Positions 9,440 through 18,687 of a stretch of 57,826 bases of DNA are shown here, in pieces (positions within the stretch are counted from its first letter, which is position 1; every line of letters begins with the position of its first letter). The notes beneath the pieces are model-generated. The model did no database searches and had not been told where the DNA came from. It saw nothing but the letters and a program-made list of their open reading frames with translations. Location: positions 1 through 57,826 of IMG/VR virus record IMGVR_UViG_3300022666_000342; one strand, written 5' to 3'. Origin of the DNA: a virus (taxonomy: Duplodnaviria > Caudoviricetes). The position numbers and the translations under genes were made by a program.

Positions 9440-10054
9440 ATGAAAGAAAGGCCCGTTATTTTTACAGCTGAAAGCGTGAGGGCGATCCTGGCCGGCCACA
9501 AAACACAAACCCGGCGCGTCCTGAAACCCCAGCCATCCCCTACCGGTGGGAGCAGAATAGACAGGATCGAATACTCTGGTCCGCTGGGCTGGGTTCCAAC
9601 ATCCCCCAGTGGAAAGGTGGGAATTTTTCACCCGGTAACTTACCGCTGCCCTTATGGGAATGTAGGGGATAGATTGTGGGTTCGGGAGAGCTGGACAGAT
9701 GAAGCGCCCAATAAAATCTATTACCGCGCCGACATGGACTTCATTCCTTCAACTGCATGGAGATCGCCAATCTTCATGCCTCGAAACGCCTCCCGATTAC
9801 TTCTGGAGATAGTCCACATCCGAACCGAACCCTTGCACAATATAGGAACTCTGGACGCCATAGCCGAAGGAATAACCGGCCCTTTTGATGTGGGGTATAA
9901 AGCCTATTACATGCCCGGAGACTCCAAGCCAAGATACAGCTGTCCGCGAGCAGCTTTCGAGGCATTGTGGAATTACATAAATTTTAAGCGGCACCCCTGG
10001 GACTCAAATCCCTGGGTCTGGGCTATAACCTTTAAGGTTTGCTCAAAGGGATAA
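9440..10054 (+). CDS. Conserved phage protein (ASCH-like / 'morphogenetic' family)
   Basis: MKERPVIF...RAILAGHKTQTRR...CPYG.VGDRLWVRE...WRSPIFMPR.ASR...NPWVW. Confidence 0.8.
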   Translation: MKERPVIFTAESVRAILAGHKTQTRRVLKPQPSPTGGSRIDRIEYSGPLGWVPTSPSGKVGIFHPVTYRCPYGNVGDRLWVRESWTDEAPNKIYYRADMDFIPSTAWRSPIFMPRNASRLLLEIVHIRTEPLHNIGTLDAIAEGITGPFDVGYKAYYMPGDSKPRYSCPRAAFEALWNYINFKRHPWDSNPWVWAITFKVCSKG

Positions 10055-10056
10055 TC

Positions 10057-10395
10057 ATGAACAACAAAGAGATTTTCGAGACTTTGCTGAAATCACATCC
10101 AGAATCCGCCTACGCATTCCGGCGCGCCATGGCCGCCCAGGCCCGCCCCTGGGAATGGAATCGATGGGGAACCTTAATGAGCGCGAACGGCCCAGTGATG
10201 TCCGTCACGCAAGAACCGATCGGCCCGGACTTTGAATTCATCGCCGCAGCGCGCCAAGATATCCCGCGAATGGCGAACGAACTGACTGAAGCCCTGGCCG
10301 CCGTCGAATACCTCAGAGGGGAATTAAAGCGGGTAACCGCAGAACAACTATCACGATATGAGGAGAATCATCATGCCAGTACTCACAATAGATGA
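10057..10395 (+). CDS. Ead/Ea22-like phage protein
   Basis: PWEW...FEFIAAARQDIPRM pattern. Confidence 0.5.
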   Translation: MNNKEIFETLLKSHPESAYAFRRAMAAQARPWEWNRWGTLMSANGPVMSVTQEPIGPDFEFIAAARQDIPRMANELTEALAAVEYLRGELKRVTAEQLSRYEENHHASTHNR

Positions 10396-10669
10396 AATAG
10401 ACGCCGACCTCAGAACTGCCTTTGCTGCGCAGCGGGGCGACAAAGCTGCCCAGTGGACAATGATTCAAAAATTCATGACCATGAAAAAACACGAATGGCT
10501 GCGAGTCTTGGACACGATCAATCAGTGCAAGCGGTACGGGATTATGACGTTCGACGAAGCCAAAGCCATCGTCGGCGGAGACGACATGAGCATCCCGCCG
10601 AACACTGAGCCGTTCGTCGAAGAGATCAAGCGCCGGCTGGGAATTTTCGACGGAGGAAAGAATGAATAA
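10373..10669 (+). CDS. Hypothetical protein
   Basis: AGGAG RBS before ATG 10373. Confidence 0.6.
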   Translation: MPVLTIDEIDADLRTAFAAQRGDKAAQWTMIQKFMTMKKHEWLRVLDTINQCKRYGIMTFDEAKAIVGGDDMSIPPNTEPFVEEIKRRLGIFDGGKNE

Positions 10670-11027
10670 GGAAGAGTTGGTCCGAATAGCGACTCGGTTG
10701 GATACAGCAGGGTACCCGGAGCTGTCCCAGGCCATCAACTCCATGGCGAAGGCAACGCCCGGAAACTGGCATCATTATGAATGCAGAAAGGCCGGCGAGT
10801 GGGGAGGGGGGATTATTTCCCGTCACAACGGTGACGTGCTCAATGTTTCAAATTACAGCTCCCCTGGATTCGATGATACGCAGTTCATTATAGCAGCCCA
10901 CGAGACGCTGCCCCAGTTCGCCGCGACAATTCTCCATCTGCAGGAAAAGCTCAGGGAAGCAGAGCAGCGTCTGAAGGACGCCAAGTCCGAACTGGATGAA
11001 ATAGCCAGGCGCAACCGCAGAAAATAA
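10662..11027 (+). CDS. Ead/Ea22-like phage protein
   Basis: KATPGNW...FIIAAHETLP pattern; resembles 10057-10395. Confidence 0.55.
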   Translation: MNKEELVRIATRLDTAGYPELSQAINSMAKATPGNWHHYECRKAGEWGGGIISRHNGDVLNVSNYSSPGFDDTQFIIAAHETLPQFAATILHLQEKLREAEQRLKDAKSELDEIARRNRRK

Positions 11028-11064
11028 GAAAGCGCCGGCCTACTGGCCGGCGCTTTCTTATTTT
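11021..11064. terminator. Bidirectional intrinsic terminator
   Basis: 20-bp perfect arms AAAATAAGAAAGCGCCGGCC / GGCCGGCGCTTTCTTATTTT. Confidence 0.85.
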
Positions 11065-11117
11065 GTTCGCTCACAATATGGATTTATACTTATGCAATCA
11101 CTCACAAGGAACACAGC

Positions 11118-11816
11118 ATGAAATATATAACAAGGATTCAAATAACCGAGGCAGACAAAAAAACCATTTATCTAATTTTTAAAGCTCACCCCGAATTAAA
11201 AGGAAATGAAAATCGGGCAGTCTCGTTGGCACTTCACGAATGGAAACGCGCCTATTTAAATGAAAGCGACACCTACTACCCAATCCTTCTACAAGATCTT
11301 GGTAATCCAGATCGCTACGATATTATAAGAGTCCTTAAAGAACCAGGAAAAACAATTGCATCTGGAGAAGAAAAATTAACAGGTTGGCTTGGAACAACAA
11401 ATGACAGCATCTCAAAAACGGCTCTGGGAAAGCTTGACGCTGAAGGGTTGCGAGAACTTCTGCTTGAGTATAACGTCGGGATTGATCCAGTTACCCCAGT
11501 CCGTTACGTAAACTACGCAGTTGGAGGTAGCCGAGCCGCAGAATTGCACAACTACGACTACGCATATCCCTACCAAGGACCATGGATGGGAGTGACACCG
11601 GAGGGAGTAGGTTGGTGCGATGATCCAGCCACTGTAAAAAAGGCTCGAGTAATTATTCAAGATGAATATGTAATCATCATTTTTTCAGATGGTAAAAAGT
11701 GGTTTGTTTTTGATTCTTGCCCCCAAGGAACTGAAAACATGGAAGAACGAGCCAGAGAGATTGTAGGGTTGCGATTTGATCGTGAAAAATTTATTCAGTT
11801 TATCGAAAACAAATAA
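11118..11816 (+). CDS. Low-GC hypothetical protein (moron), possible N-terminal ribbon-helix-helix
   Basis: Own promoter-like TTGTTC-16-TATACT (11063-11090), AAGGA RBS, flanked by twin terminators. Confidence 0.7.
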   Translation: MKYITRIQITEADKKTIYLIFKAHPELKGNENRAVSLALHEWKRAYLNESDTYYPILLQDLGNPDRYDIIRVLKEPGKTIASGEEKLTGWLGTTNDSISKTALGKLDAEGLRELLLEYNVGIDPVTPVRYVNYAVGGSRAAELHNYDYAYPYQGPWMGVTPEGVGWCDDPATVKKARVIIQDEYVIIIFSDGKKWFVFDSCPQGTENMEERAREIVGLRFDREKFIQFIENK

Positions 11817-11840
11817 AAAACAGTCCCACCCAAAAACGCA

Positions 11841-11877
11841 AAGAAAGCGCCGGCAAGTTGCCGGCGCTTTCTTATTT
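11841..11877. terminator. Intrinsic terminator, near copy of 11021-11064
   Basis: AAGAAAGCGCCGGCAA-G-TTGCCGGCGCTTTCTT followed by ATTT. Confidence 0.8.
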
Positions 11878-11914
11878 CCCAACCTATCTCTTAGGAAATT
11901 CGCTCAATAACCTA

Positions 11915-11952
11915 TTGATCTCTCATTTGATTTGTAGTACAATTCAAATGAG
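11915..11952 (+). promoter_or_regulatory. Sigma70-type promoter overlapped by an operator-like inverted repeat
   Basis: TTGATC(11915-20)-17 bp-TACAAT(11938-43); inverted repeat CTCATTTGA...TCAAATGAG at 11922-11952. Confidence 0.6.
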
Positions 11953-12019
11953 TAGCATTTACATCAAAAATATCATCTATAAACATCGTTTTAATCTTAA
12001 AATTAAAATTGAGGATTAC

Positions 12020-12280
12020 ATGGCCGGAAAACAGGGAAAATCAGGGGGGTGCCGTTCTGGAGCGGGAAGACCTCCAAAAAACGCCACCATCGGAAGGAAT
12101 TTTACTTTTGAAAATGGACAACAGGTGAAAATTTCAGTGACGGGGAATGGGTCTGTTCAAAAACTTCTGGCATGCCTGAAGTTAGAACGAGGGGACCCGG
12201 GATACAGGATGCGGTTACGCGGAGATAACGGCTGGGAGTTGACAATTGAAACAGCTACTGATATCAGAGGTGAGCCGTAA
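12020..12280 (+). CDS. Small basic protein with GG.R.GAGRP motif, possibly DNA-binding
   Basis: GAGG RBS, MAGKQGKSGGCRSGAGRPPK; lies upstream of the RM genes. Confidence 0.55.
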   Translation: MAGKQGKSGGCRSGAGRPPKNATIGRNFTFENGQQVKISVTGNGSVQKLLACLKLERGDPGYRMRLRGDNGWELTIETATDIRGEP

Positions 12281-12411
12281 CCTGATTTCTTATCTGGAAA
12301 ACTAAAGTAAAATCCACCGCAGCAAGAAAACAATTTAAATATTTTTCTGGGCAAGGTGGCTTGGTAAATTACCCAAAACCATCTATATTTTTCACCCAAG
12401 GAAGACCTGAA

Positions 12412-14367
12412 ATGATGACAACCGAAGAAACAATTACCCTCGTACCGCTGGGGAAACTACAATGCGTTATAACAAACAAACTACGGGCTGATACCCCAGA
12501 AGAACATGTACGTCAACGTATTGCCAGGAGTCTCGTAGAAGATTACGGATATGATAAAGCCGATATTGAAATCGAGTTTACCGTCAAATTAGGAAGTAGT
12601 AAAAGACGTGTTGATATAGCAATTTTTCTACCTCAAACTAAACATAAACAAGAAAACATCAAAATAATTATCGAATGCAAGAGAGAAGAAATTCGCCCCA
12701 CTGACCGCGATAATGGCACAGAACAACTCAAATCATACCTCTCTGCATGTGCAAATGCTCATTTTGGAATGTGGATAGGTTCCGAGCTACAAGTATGGGA
12801 ACGACAAACATCCGACAAAGGCGAAGTATGTTTTGCAGAAGCAACAGATATTCCACGCTCTGGTTACGATACTCCAAAACCTATTACCTTTACAGAACTT
12901 GTTCCGGCACACGAAGAATTGATCTCCTTACTAAAACGCTGTCACAACTACATTTACGGAAATCAAGGCTTACAAAAAGAGCCCGCATTTCAGGAATTGC
13001 TAAAGTTAATCTTCTGCAAGGTTTATGATGAGGATACCTCATCGGGTGAGATGCGGATTTTTATCAGCAATGACGAACGCCGCTCCGAAATTGGACAAAG
13101 AAGATTACAGAAAACGATCGAACAACTCTTTGAAGATGTAAAAAATCGTTACCCGTACATTTTCGCCCCCGATGAACAAATCCGAATGGACAATAGGGTG
13201 TTAGCTTATGTAGTAGGTGAGTTGCAACGATATTCACTGTTACAAACTGTTGCCGATGTAAAAGGAGCAGCCTATGAACAATTGGTCGGCAGTAATCTAC
13301 GTGGAGATAGAGGAGAATTTTTCACTCCCCGCAATGTCTGCGATATGGCGGCTCAAATGGCACTGGCAACTTACCCACCTGAAAAATGGCTTAAATTGCA
13401 TACCATAGATCCCGCTTGTGGAACTGGCGGTTTTCTCGTAGCGGTACTAAATGTGTGGCGTGAACATCTCGAAAAAATACAACGCACTAAATGGCCGAAC
13501 AATGAAAGTAAAGCCTTAGAAGAAACCGTACGTTTATTAAAAGAAACTGCTAACCAATGTCTTACAGGGATTGATTTTAATCCAATTTTAGTCCGCGCAG
13601 CACAAATGAACTTAGTTATGCAGGGTGACGGTTCCACTAATGTTTATCATGCCAATTCACTTTTACCATCTGGTGAATGGATCTCGGATGTAAGCGATCA
13701 TGTACAACTAGGTAAATTTGACATTGTCCTGACAAATCCACCTTTTGGATCAAGAATCCCCATAGATGATCCTCATATACTGGCACAGTTTGAATTATCC
13801 ACATTTGAAATGGAAAATGGCGCTCGCCGCGCATCCATGCCGCCCGAGCAATTATTCATAGAACGTTGTCTGCAATTACTTAAACCTAATGGACGAATGG
13901 CGATCGTTCTTCCTGACAGCATTTTATCAAACCCTGGCCTTGCATTTATCCGACGCTGGATACTCAAGCGTACACGTGTAATTGCAAGCATAGACTTACC
14001 TCAAGTCACATTCGAGCCGTACACTGGCACCCAAACAAGTGTTTTATTACTGCAAAAGAAAACACGCGAAGAGATGATGATAGAACAGGAAGCCCACAAA
14101 AGCCGTGACTATGAAGTCTTTATGACGATACCTGAAGCCGTTGGGCATGATCGCCGCGGAGAAATTCATTACCTTCGAACACCAGAAGGGGAATTGATTG
14201 AATACGAGGACACCATCACAATAACACGACGCAATGCTAATGGACAACTTATGACAGAACAACGCCGACAAAAAGTACGTGAAAAATTCGACCAATTACC
14301 TGAGGTCGTCCGTTATTTCAAGGAATGGTTATCTAAACAAGAACGAATGAGATGGATCAATGGCTGA
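12412..14367 (+). CDS. Fused restriction endonuclease (HSDR_N-type PD-(D/E)xK) / N6-adenine methyltransferase (type IIB/IIG-like)
   Basis: PEEHVRQ...VDIAIF...IIIECK...QLKSY nuclease motif; GEFFTPR, DPACGTGGF and NPPFG methyltransferase motifs; low GC. Confidence 0.9.
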   Translation: MMTTEETITLVPLGKLQCVITNKLRADTPEEHVRQRIARSLVEDYGYDKADIEIEFTVKLGSSKRRVDIAIFLPQTKHKQENIKIIIECKREEIRPTDRDNGTEQLKSYLSACANAHFGMWIGSELQVWERQTSDKGEVCFAEATDIPRSGYDTPKPITFTELVPAHEELISLLKRCHNYIYGNQGLQKEPAFQELLKLIFCKVYDEDTSSGEMRIFISNDERRSEIGQRRLQKTIEQLFEDVKNRYPYIFAPDEQIRMDNRVLAYVVGELQRYSLLQTVADVKGAAYEQLVGSNLRGDRGEFFTPRNVCDMAAQMALATYPPEKWLKLHTIDPACGTGGFLVAVLNVWREHLEKIQRTKWPNNESKALEETVRLLKETANQCLTGIDFNPILVRAAQMNLVMQGDGSTNVYHANSLLPSGEWISDVSDHVQLGKFDIVLTNPPFGSRIPIDDPHILAQFELSTFEMENGARRASMPPEQLFIERCLQLLKPNGRMAIVLPDSILSNPGLAFIRRWILKRTRVIASIDLPQVTFEPYTGTQTSVLLLQKKTREEMMIEQEAHKSRDYEVFMTIPEAVGHDRRGEIHYLRTPEGELIEYEDTITITRRNANGQLMTEQRRQKVREKFDQLPEVVRYFKEWLSKQERMRWING

Positions 14368-15871
14368 AATAAACGATCACATTCTTACTCATCAAGAACG
14401 TCACCAGCAATTCATTGAATCAGGATGGTTAAATCCAATTTCAATAGCAACGGTTTCGTCTCATTGGCTTTATAATGGCGAAAGCAGACTTGATGGTGGT
14501 TATTATGCAAATGATGCTATTACAGCTTTGCATATCGTAAAAGACAGCGGTTTTCCCATGCAATTACTGGACCAATTGACCGAACCGCCATTTTACCCTA
14601 ATAGATTTAAGCGTATCTATGCAAAAAGCCAAAAAGCCGGTACGCCGTTCCTTACAGCATCTGAAATGCTCCAATTTAGACCGACCAGTGAAGCATTTTT
14701 AGCCAACAATACAAGGGCAGTTAATGTCTGCCAAGTACAACCAAATTGGATATTAGTTACCCGTTCTGGAACAGTGGGAAGATGTGTAATCGTGAATAAA
14801 CGATTATCTCACTTCGCTATTACCGATGATGCAATTCGAGTAAAACCTCGGGAAATACCGGGAGGTTACCTGTACGCTTTTCTTTCCTCGAAAATTGGAC
14901 AAGCACTAATTTCTAAAGATCAATATGGCTCAGCCATCAACCATCTCGAACCGCACCACCTCGCAAAAGTGCCAGTGCCACTACTACCAGAAGAAGCACA
15001 AATGGAAATACACACAGCCATTATGCAAGCTTACACATTGCGAGATGAAGCAAACCAAATGTTGGATGAAGCTGACGATCTACTTCATGAAAGATTGGGG
15101 CTAGTTCATTTTGATGAAGATTTTGTGAAGTATATCTCTGCTTCAAATACATCACAATCTATAACTCGCCTCTATATTCCTCACCCTAGAGCATTTAGCA
15201 TAAAGGCATCCGAATTGAATGATCGCTTGGATGTTTCGTACCACATACCAGTTGTACGAACAGTCACAGAATTACTACACAAAGGAAAATACCTACCAGT
15301 CCCTGTACACGAAATAGCAGAAAATATTTACCTTCCGCCACGCTTTAAACGCATCTATGTAACTGCCCAATATGGAGTCCCATTTTTGCGTCCTTCACAC
15401 CTCCCTCAGATGCGACATTATGATCTTGGGTACATTTCAAACCTTACTAAAGTTTTAGACTTGTTGGCATTAAAATCAGGAGATGTTTTGATAACTTCAG
15501 ACGGAACAGTAGGGAAAATCGGGTTAGTTACAAGTCGAATAACAGGATGGGCAGGAAGCAACAACATTGCTCGCATAACCTGTAAAAATTCCGACTCTGA
15601 GTTTACAAATGGTTATCTAGCAGCATTTTTAAATACACCTTACGGATATCATCAATTAGTACGTGAAATTTATGGTGGAGTAATTGATCATATAGAAGAG
15701 TCGCAAATCGGTTCTGTTCTTATTCCGAATCCACCATCCCACGTTCAGATGGAAATTGGTAAACAAGTTATCGAAGCTTTTGAGAAAAAAGATGAAGCCC
15801 GTGTAATAGAAGAAAATGCTATCCGTAAAATAGAAGCATTATTACTACACAAGGAAGAAACCCACAATTAG
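14360..15871 (+). CDS. HsdS-like specificity subunit
   Basis: Two repeated TRD halves (ILVTRSGTVG...YGSAINHLE; VLITSDGTVG...YGGVIDHIE); overlaps the RM gene. Confidence 0.85.
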   Translation: MAEINDHILTHQERHQQFIESGWLNPISIATVSSHWLYNGESRLDGGYYANDAITALHIVKDSGFPMQLLDQLTEPPFYPNRFKRIYAKSQKAGTPFLTASEMLQFRPTSEAFLANNTRAVNVCQVQPNWILVTRSGTVGRCVIVNKRLSHFAITDDAIRVKPREIPGGYLYAFLSSKIGQALISKDQYGSAINHLEPHHLAKVPVPLLPEEAQMEIHTAIMQAYTLRDEANQMLDEADDLLHERLGLVHFDEDFVKYISASNTSQSITRLYIPHPRAFSIKASELNDRLDVSYHIPVVRTVTELLHKGKYLPVPVHEIAENIYLPPRFKRIYVTAQYGVPFLRPSHLPQMRHYDLGYISNLTKVLDLLALKSGDVLITSDGTVGKIGLVTSRITGWAGSNNIARITCKNSDSEFTNGYLAAFLNTPYGYHQLVREIYGGVIDHIEESQIGSVLIPNPPSHVQMEIGKQVIEAFEKKDEARVIEENAIRKIEALLLHKEETHN

Positions 15872-15902
15872 ATAAAAAAATTTCAACAACCCTAAAAATA
15901 CA

Positions 15903-15931
15903 AAACCGGGCCCTTTATCAGGGCCCGGTTT
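15903..15931. terminator. Bidirectional terminator at convergent junction
   Basis: AAACCGGGCCC-TTTATCA-GGGCCCGGTTT. Confidence 0.75.
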
Positions 15932-15934
15932 CGC

Positions 15935-15954
15935 ATCTGCAAACGTTTGCAGAT
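15935..15954. promoter_or_regulatory. Palindrome copy 2 (ATCTGCAAACGTTTGCAGAT)
   Basis: Exact 20-bp core, 3 bp from the terminator hairpin. Confidence 0.85.
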
Positions 15955-15956
15955 AG

Positions 15957-16250
15957 CTACGCGGAAGGAACCTCGATCGGCGCTTCCGTCGCCTCAGCTG
16001 GCTGATCGGTCTGGGCCGGAGCCGGCTGAACCGGATCTTGAATCACCAGACTGAACTGACCATTAACAGTCTGGAACGCGTAGCGGCACCCATCAATAGA
16101 AATGCTGGGTCTCAGCACGCTGGAAAACCCCACCGCCAGCGCCGTGAGCGCTTCCTCCTGCGCCTGAACCTCAGCCTTCGCAGTCTCCAGGCTGCGGATG
16201 ATGGCGAGAGCTGCAGTCTTCTGCCCATTGCTCAACGGGATAACTCTCAT
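15957..16250 (-). CDS. Hypothetical protein (end of tail operon)
   Basis: Start MRVIPLS after GGAAAGGA. Confidence 0.55.
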   Translation of the reverse strand: MRVIPLSNGQKTAALAIIRSLETAKAEVQAQEEALTALAVGFSSVLRPSISIDGCRYAFQTVNGQFSLVIQDPVQPAPAQTDQPAEATEAPIEVPSA

Positions 16251-16318
16251 TCTTTTTTCCTTTCCGGGAGTGATACCCGAATTTTTAGGCCGTGGTCTAT
16301 TTTTGCAACCCCGCCGGC

Positions 16319-18676
16319 TCACAGCACATAACCCCAGATCTGCACAATTGCCAGACAGCTCGCGCCGCCGACCGTGATCACGATGTCCCCGTTTGCGTCA
16401 CAGGGAACCCACGCCGTCTGCTCATTGTACGTCGCCAGATTGGCCTTGACGGCCATGGCGACGCTCGTAGATCCGGCCGGCCCGACCGTCGCGTAGTACG
16501 ATGTACTCGCAGCGCTCCAGTTGCACGCCAGCCGAACCAGAGCCATCTTAATCCCAGCCGGAGCGCTGAAAGTGACGCTCGTGTCGATGGTATAAGATGC
16601 CGCAGTCTTGGTATTTCCATTCCAATCGGAGCTGGTCAGGGGAGAGGTAAGAGGAACGGTGAGATAGCCAGTCCGCAACGCTCCATCCCGGTAAGCGCGT
16701 AGGACTCCCGTAAATTCCACATTTCCGTCGCCCGGGTCCGTGGTTTTGTTTCCAAAGAAGGCCCCCTTGGCGTTCCGCAGGTCGCCGTCCATGTAGATCT
16801 CGCCGGCGGCCGGAGCATCCCCGGTAGTCCCCACCGCCATCCCGCCGGAAGTCCCGATTTTTCCAGACGCCAGAATCTGCCCGGCTGAAGGAGCCGCCGT
16901 CAGGGACCCCACCGACAACCCGCCCGAAGTGGCGATCTTGCCGGCGGCAAAGATCTGGCCGGCGGTCGGCGCAGTCCCCACCGAGCCGGCCGCGACGCCG
17001 CTGGCATTGACATTCCCGCCGGCATTGACGGCGCCGGACGCATTGACGCTGCCGGCGTCGGTCCCAGTTGCAGTGCCGGCCACCAGATAGCTGGCTTTCA
17101 CAGACCCTGATGCGCGCAAGGACCCCGCAGCAGCGCCCGATTCCGTCCCCAGATTGGTCCCCCCCTGGAAAGTATTCGTCAAATACCACGTATTCACCCC
17201 ATGCATGACGGGGATGTCGAAGCCGGACGGAGCCTTGACCTCGACTTTGTTGGTCGAGTCGTAATACCCCAAAATGTAACCATTAACGGGAGTCCCCCAG
17301 GTCACATCCGAGAGACTGCGCAGCTGATGATTGTGGCCGGCAACCGCAAAACCGGCGGCATGGATGCCGTCCAGGGTATCGGCATCGAGCCCGGAGCCAG
17401 GACCGTCGTGAGAAAGCACGTTGGTCCAGGAATTGTCGATGATTTGGGTATAGTGGTACCCGTCAATCAAATCGGCGTCCAGGCCGGAGCCGGAGCCGCC
17501 GCGATTTTCAAACGCTCCCTCAGCCGCGTTATAAACCAACGTCTGCCCGCTGGAAGGCGAACTGATTAACACATCGGTCAGATCGTTGATCTCCATCAAA
17601 ACATCGAGACCGCCGGCTTCAGGGATGTAGATATGGCTATTCAGGGCGAGCTTAACCGCAGCCGTCAGGACATGCGTACCGGGATCAAACGCAAGATCGA
17701 CGCTGCTTGTATCGGAAACCGTCAATGACGCCTCGACATCATCAGGGACCCAGGCCGTCCCGCTCCACACCAACGCCTGACCGGTCACGGGAGCGGCCGC
17801 GTCTACATTATCGATGTCGTCCAGGTTGGCACCGAAGACCAGCCCGTTGGCGTCATCGTTTACCCGCACCAGCTTCCGCGCCATCCCCGTGTAGGAGTCC
17901 ACCGTATCGCCCAGACCCAGGAACGTCTCCGTGCTGGTTTTCTGGGAGATGGTCCGCAGGTCGATAATTTCCCCATTGAGCCAATCGATCACATCCGCCG
18001 GCGGCTGGAGCTTGACGGCAGCCGTCACATACACATCGGCCGGAGGATAAGCCAGCGCCTCCAATGTCTGTGCGCCCGGAGCATAGACGCCGACCTCGCC
18101 GGTCGAATTGAAGTAGATCAGGACGTAGCGCGTCTCCGATTCATGATAGTACGTAGTGAGATCGACATCTACCGCCTCATAGGCCTGATGAAAAGCCCCG
18201 GCGCAGTAATACTGCCCACCCTGCACCACGACATGGCCGGCCGCCGCCCCCGGCTGGACCCGCAGCTCGTAGATCTGATGAAATGATAGGAAATACGGAA
18301 CATCGTCCGCTCCGCTCCGAAATTCATGCGTCCAGGCATGCGGATCGACGCGCCATGTTGGCGGTACGATCGGATTGCCCCCCGAATTCCCGATCTGGAT
18401 GCCGGTCTCGTCCGTCTCGGCGATGTACTGCACGCCGAGCAGCGGATGCGTCTGGATGATCACGGGCAGGTTCCACATCGGGCGAATCCGCCCAGGGAAA
18501 ACGCCCAGCTCATACCCGCCGGCTTTCGCCACCCGCACATACCACTCAGGACGCTCGGTCCCATCATCGTTCAGGGGATGAAAGTTTTTGTTGTCATCCC
18601 CCAGCAGCCCTCGCAGGAGCACGCCCTTGTGGCTTAGATCCTGAGCCGCATTTTCCAACTCTCTCAAACCTGACAT
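16319..18676 (-). CDS. Tail fibre / receptor-binding protein
   Basis: GSGSGLDADLIDG and GPGSGLDADTLDG fibre repeats, GQ.LVW/YN knob repeats, Gly/Ala-rich repeats; AAGGAG RBS at the MSGLREL start. Confidence 0.75.
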   Translation of the reverse strand: MSGLRELENAAQDLSHKGVLLRGLLGDDNKNFHPLNDDGTERPEWYVRVAKAGGYELGVFPGRIRPMWNLPVIIQTHPLLGVQYIAETDETGIQIGNSGGNPIVPPTWRVDPHAWTHEFRSGADDVPYFLSFHQIYELRVQPGAAAGHVVVQGGQYYCAGAFHQAYEAVDVDLTTYYHESETRYVLIYFNSTGEVGVYAPGAQTLEALAYPPADVYVTAAVKLQPPADVIDWLNGEIIDLRTISQKTSTETFLGLGDTVDSYTGMARKLVRVNDDANGLVFGANLDDIDNVDAAAPVTGQALVWSGTAWVPDDVEASLTVSDTSSVDLAFDPGTHVLTAAVKLALNSHIYIPEAGGLDVLMEINDLTDVLISSPSSGQTLVYNAAEGAFENRGGSGSGLDADLIDGYHYTQIIDNSWTNVLSHDGPGSGLDADTLDGIHAAGFAVAGHNHQLRSLSDVTWGTPVNGYILGYYDSTNKVEVKAPSGFDIPVMHGVNTWYLTNTFQGGTNLGTESGAAAGSLRASGSVKASYLVAGTATGTDAGSVNASGAVNAGGNVNASGVAAGSVGTAPTAGQIFAAGKIATSGGLSVGSLTAAPSAGQILASGKIGTSGGMAVGTTGDAPAAGEIYMDGDLRNAKGAFFGNKTTDPGDGNVEFTGVLRAYRDGALRTGYLTVPLTSPLTSSDWNGNTKTAASYTIDTSVTFSAPAGIKMALVRLACNWSAASTSYYATVGPAGSTSVAMAVKANLATYNEQTAWVPCDANGDIVITVGGASCLAIVQIWGYVL

Positions 18677-18687
18677 ATCGTTCTCCT

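Noticed and set aside
12412-15871. Classical type I RM system (hsdRMS)
   Set aside because: There is no HsdR helicase/translocase gene, and the nuclease domain is fused to the methyltransferase.
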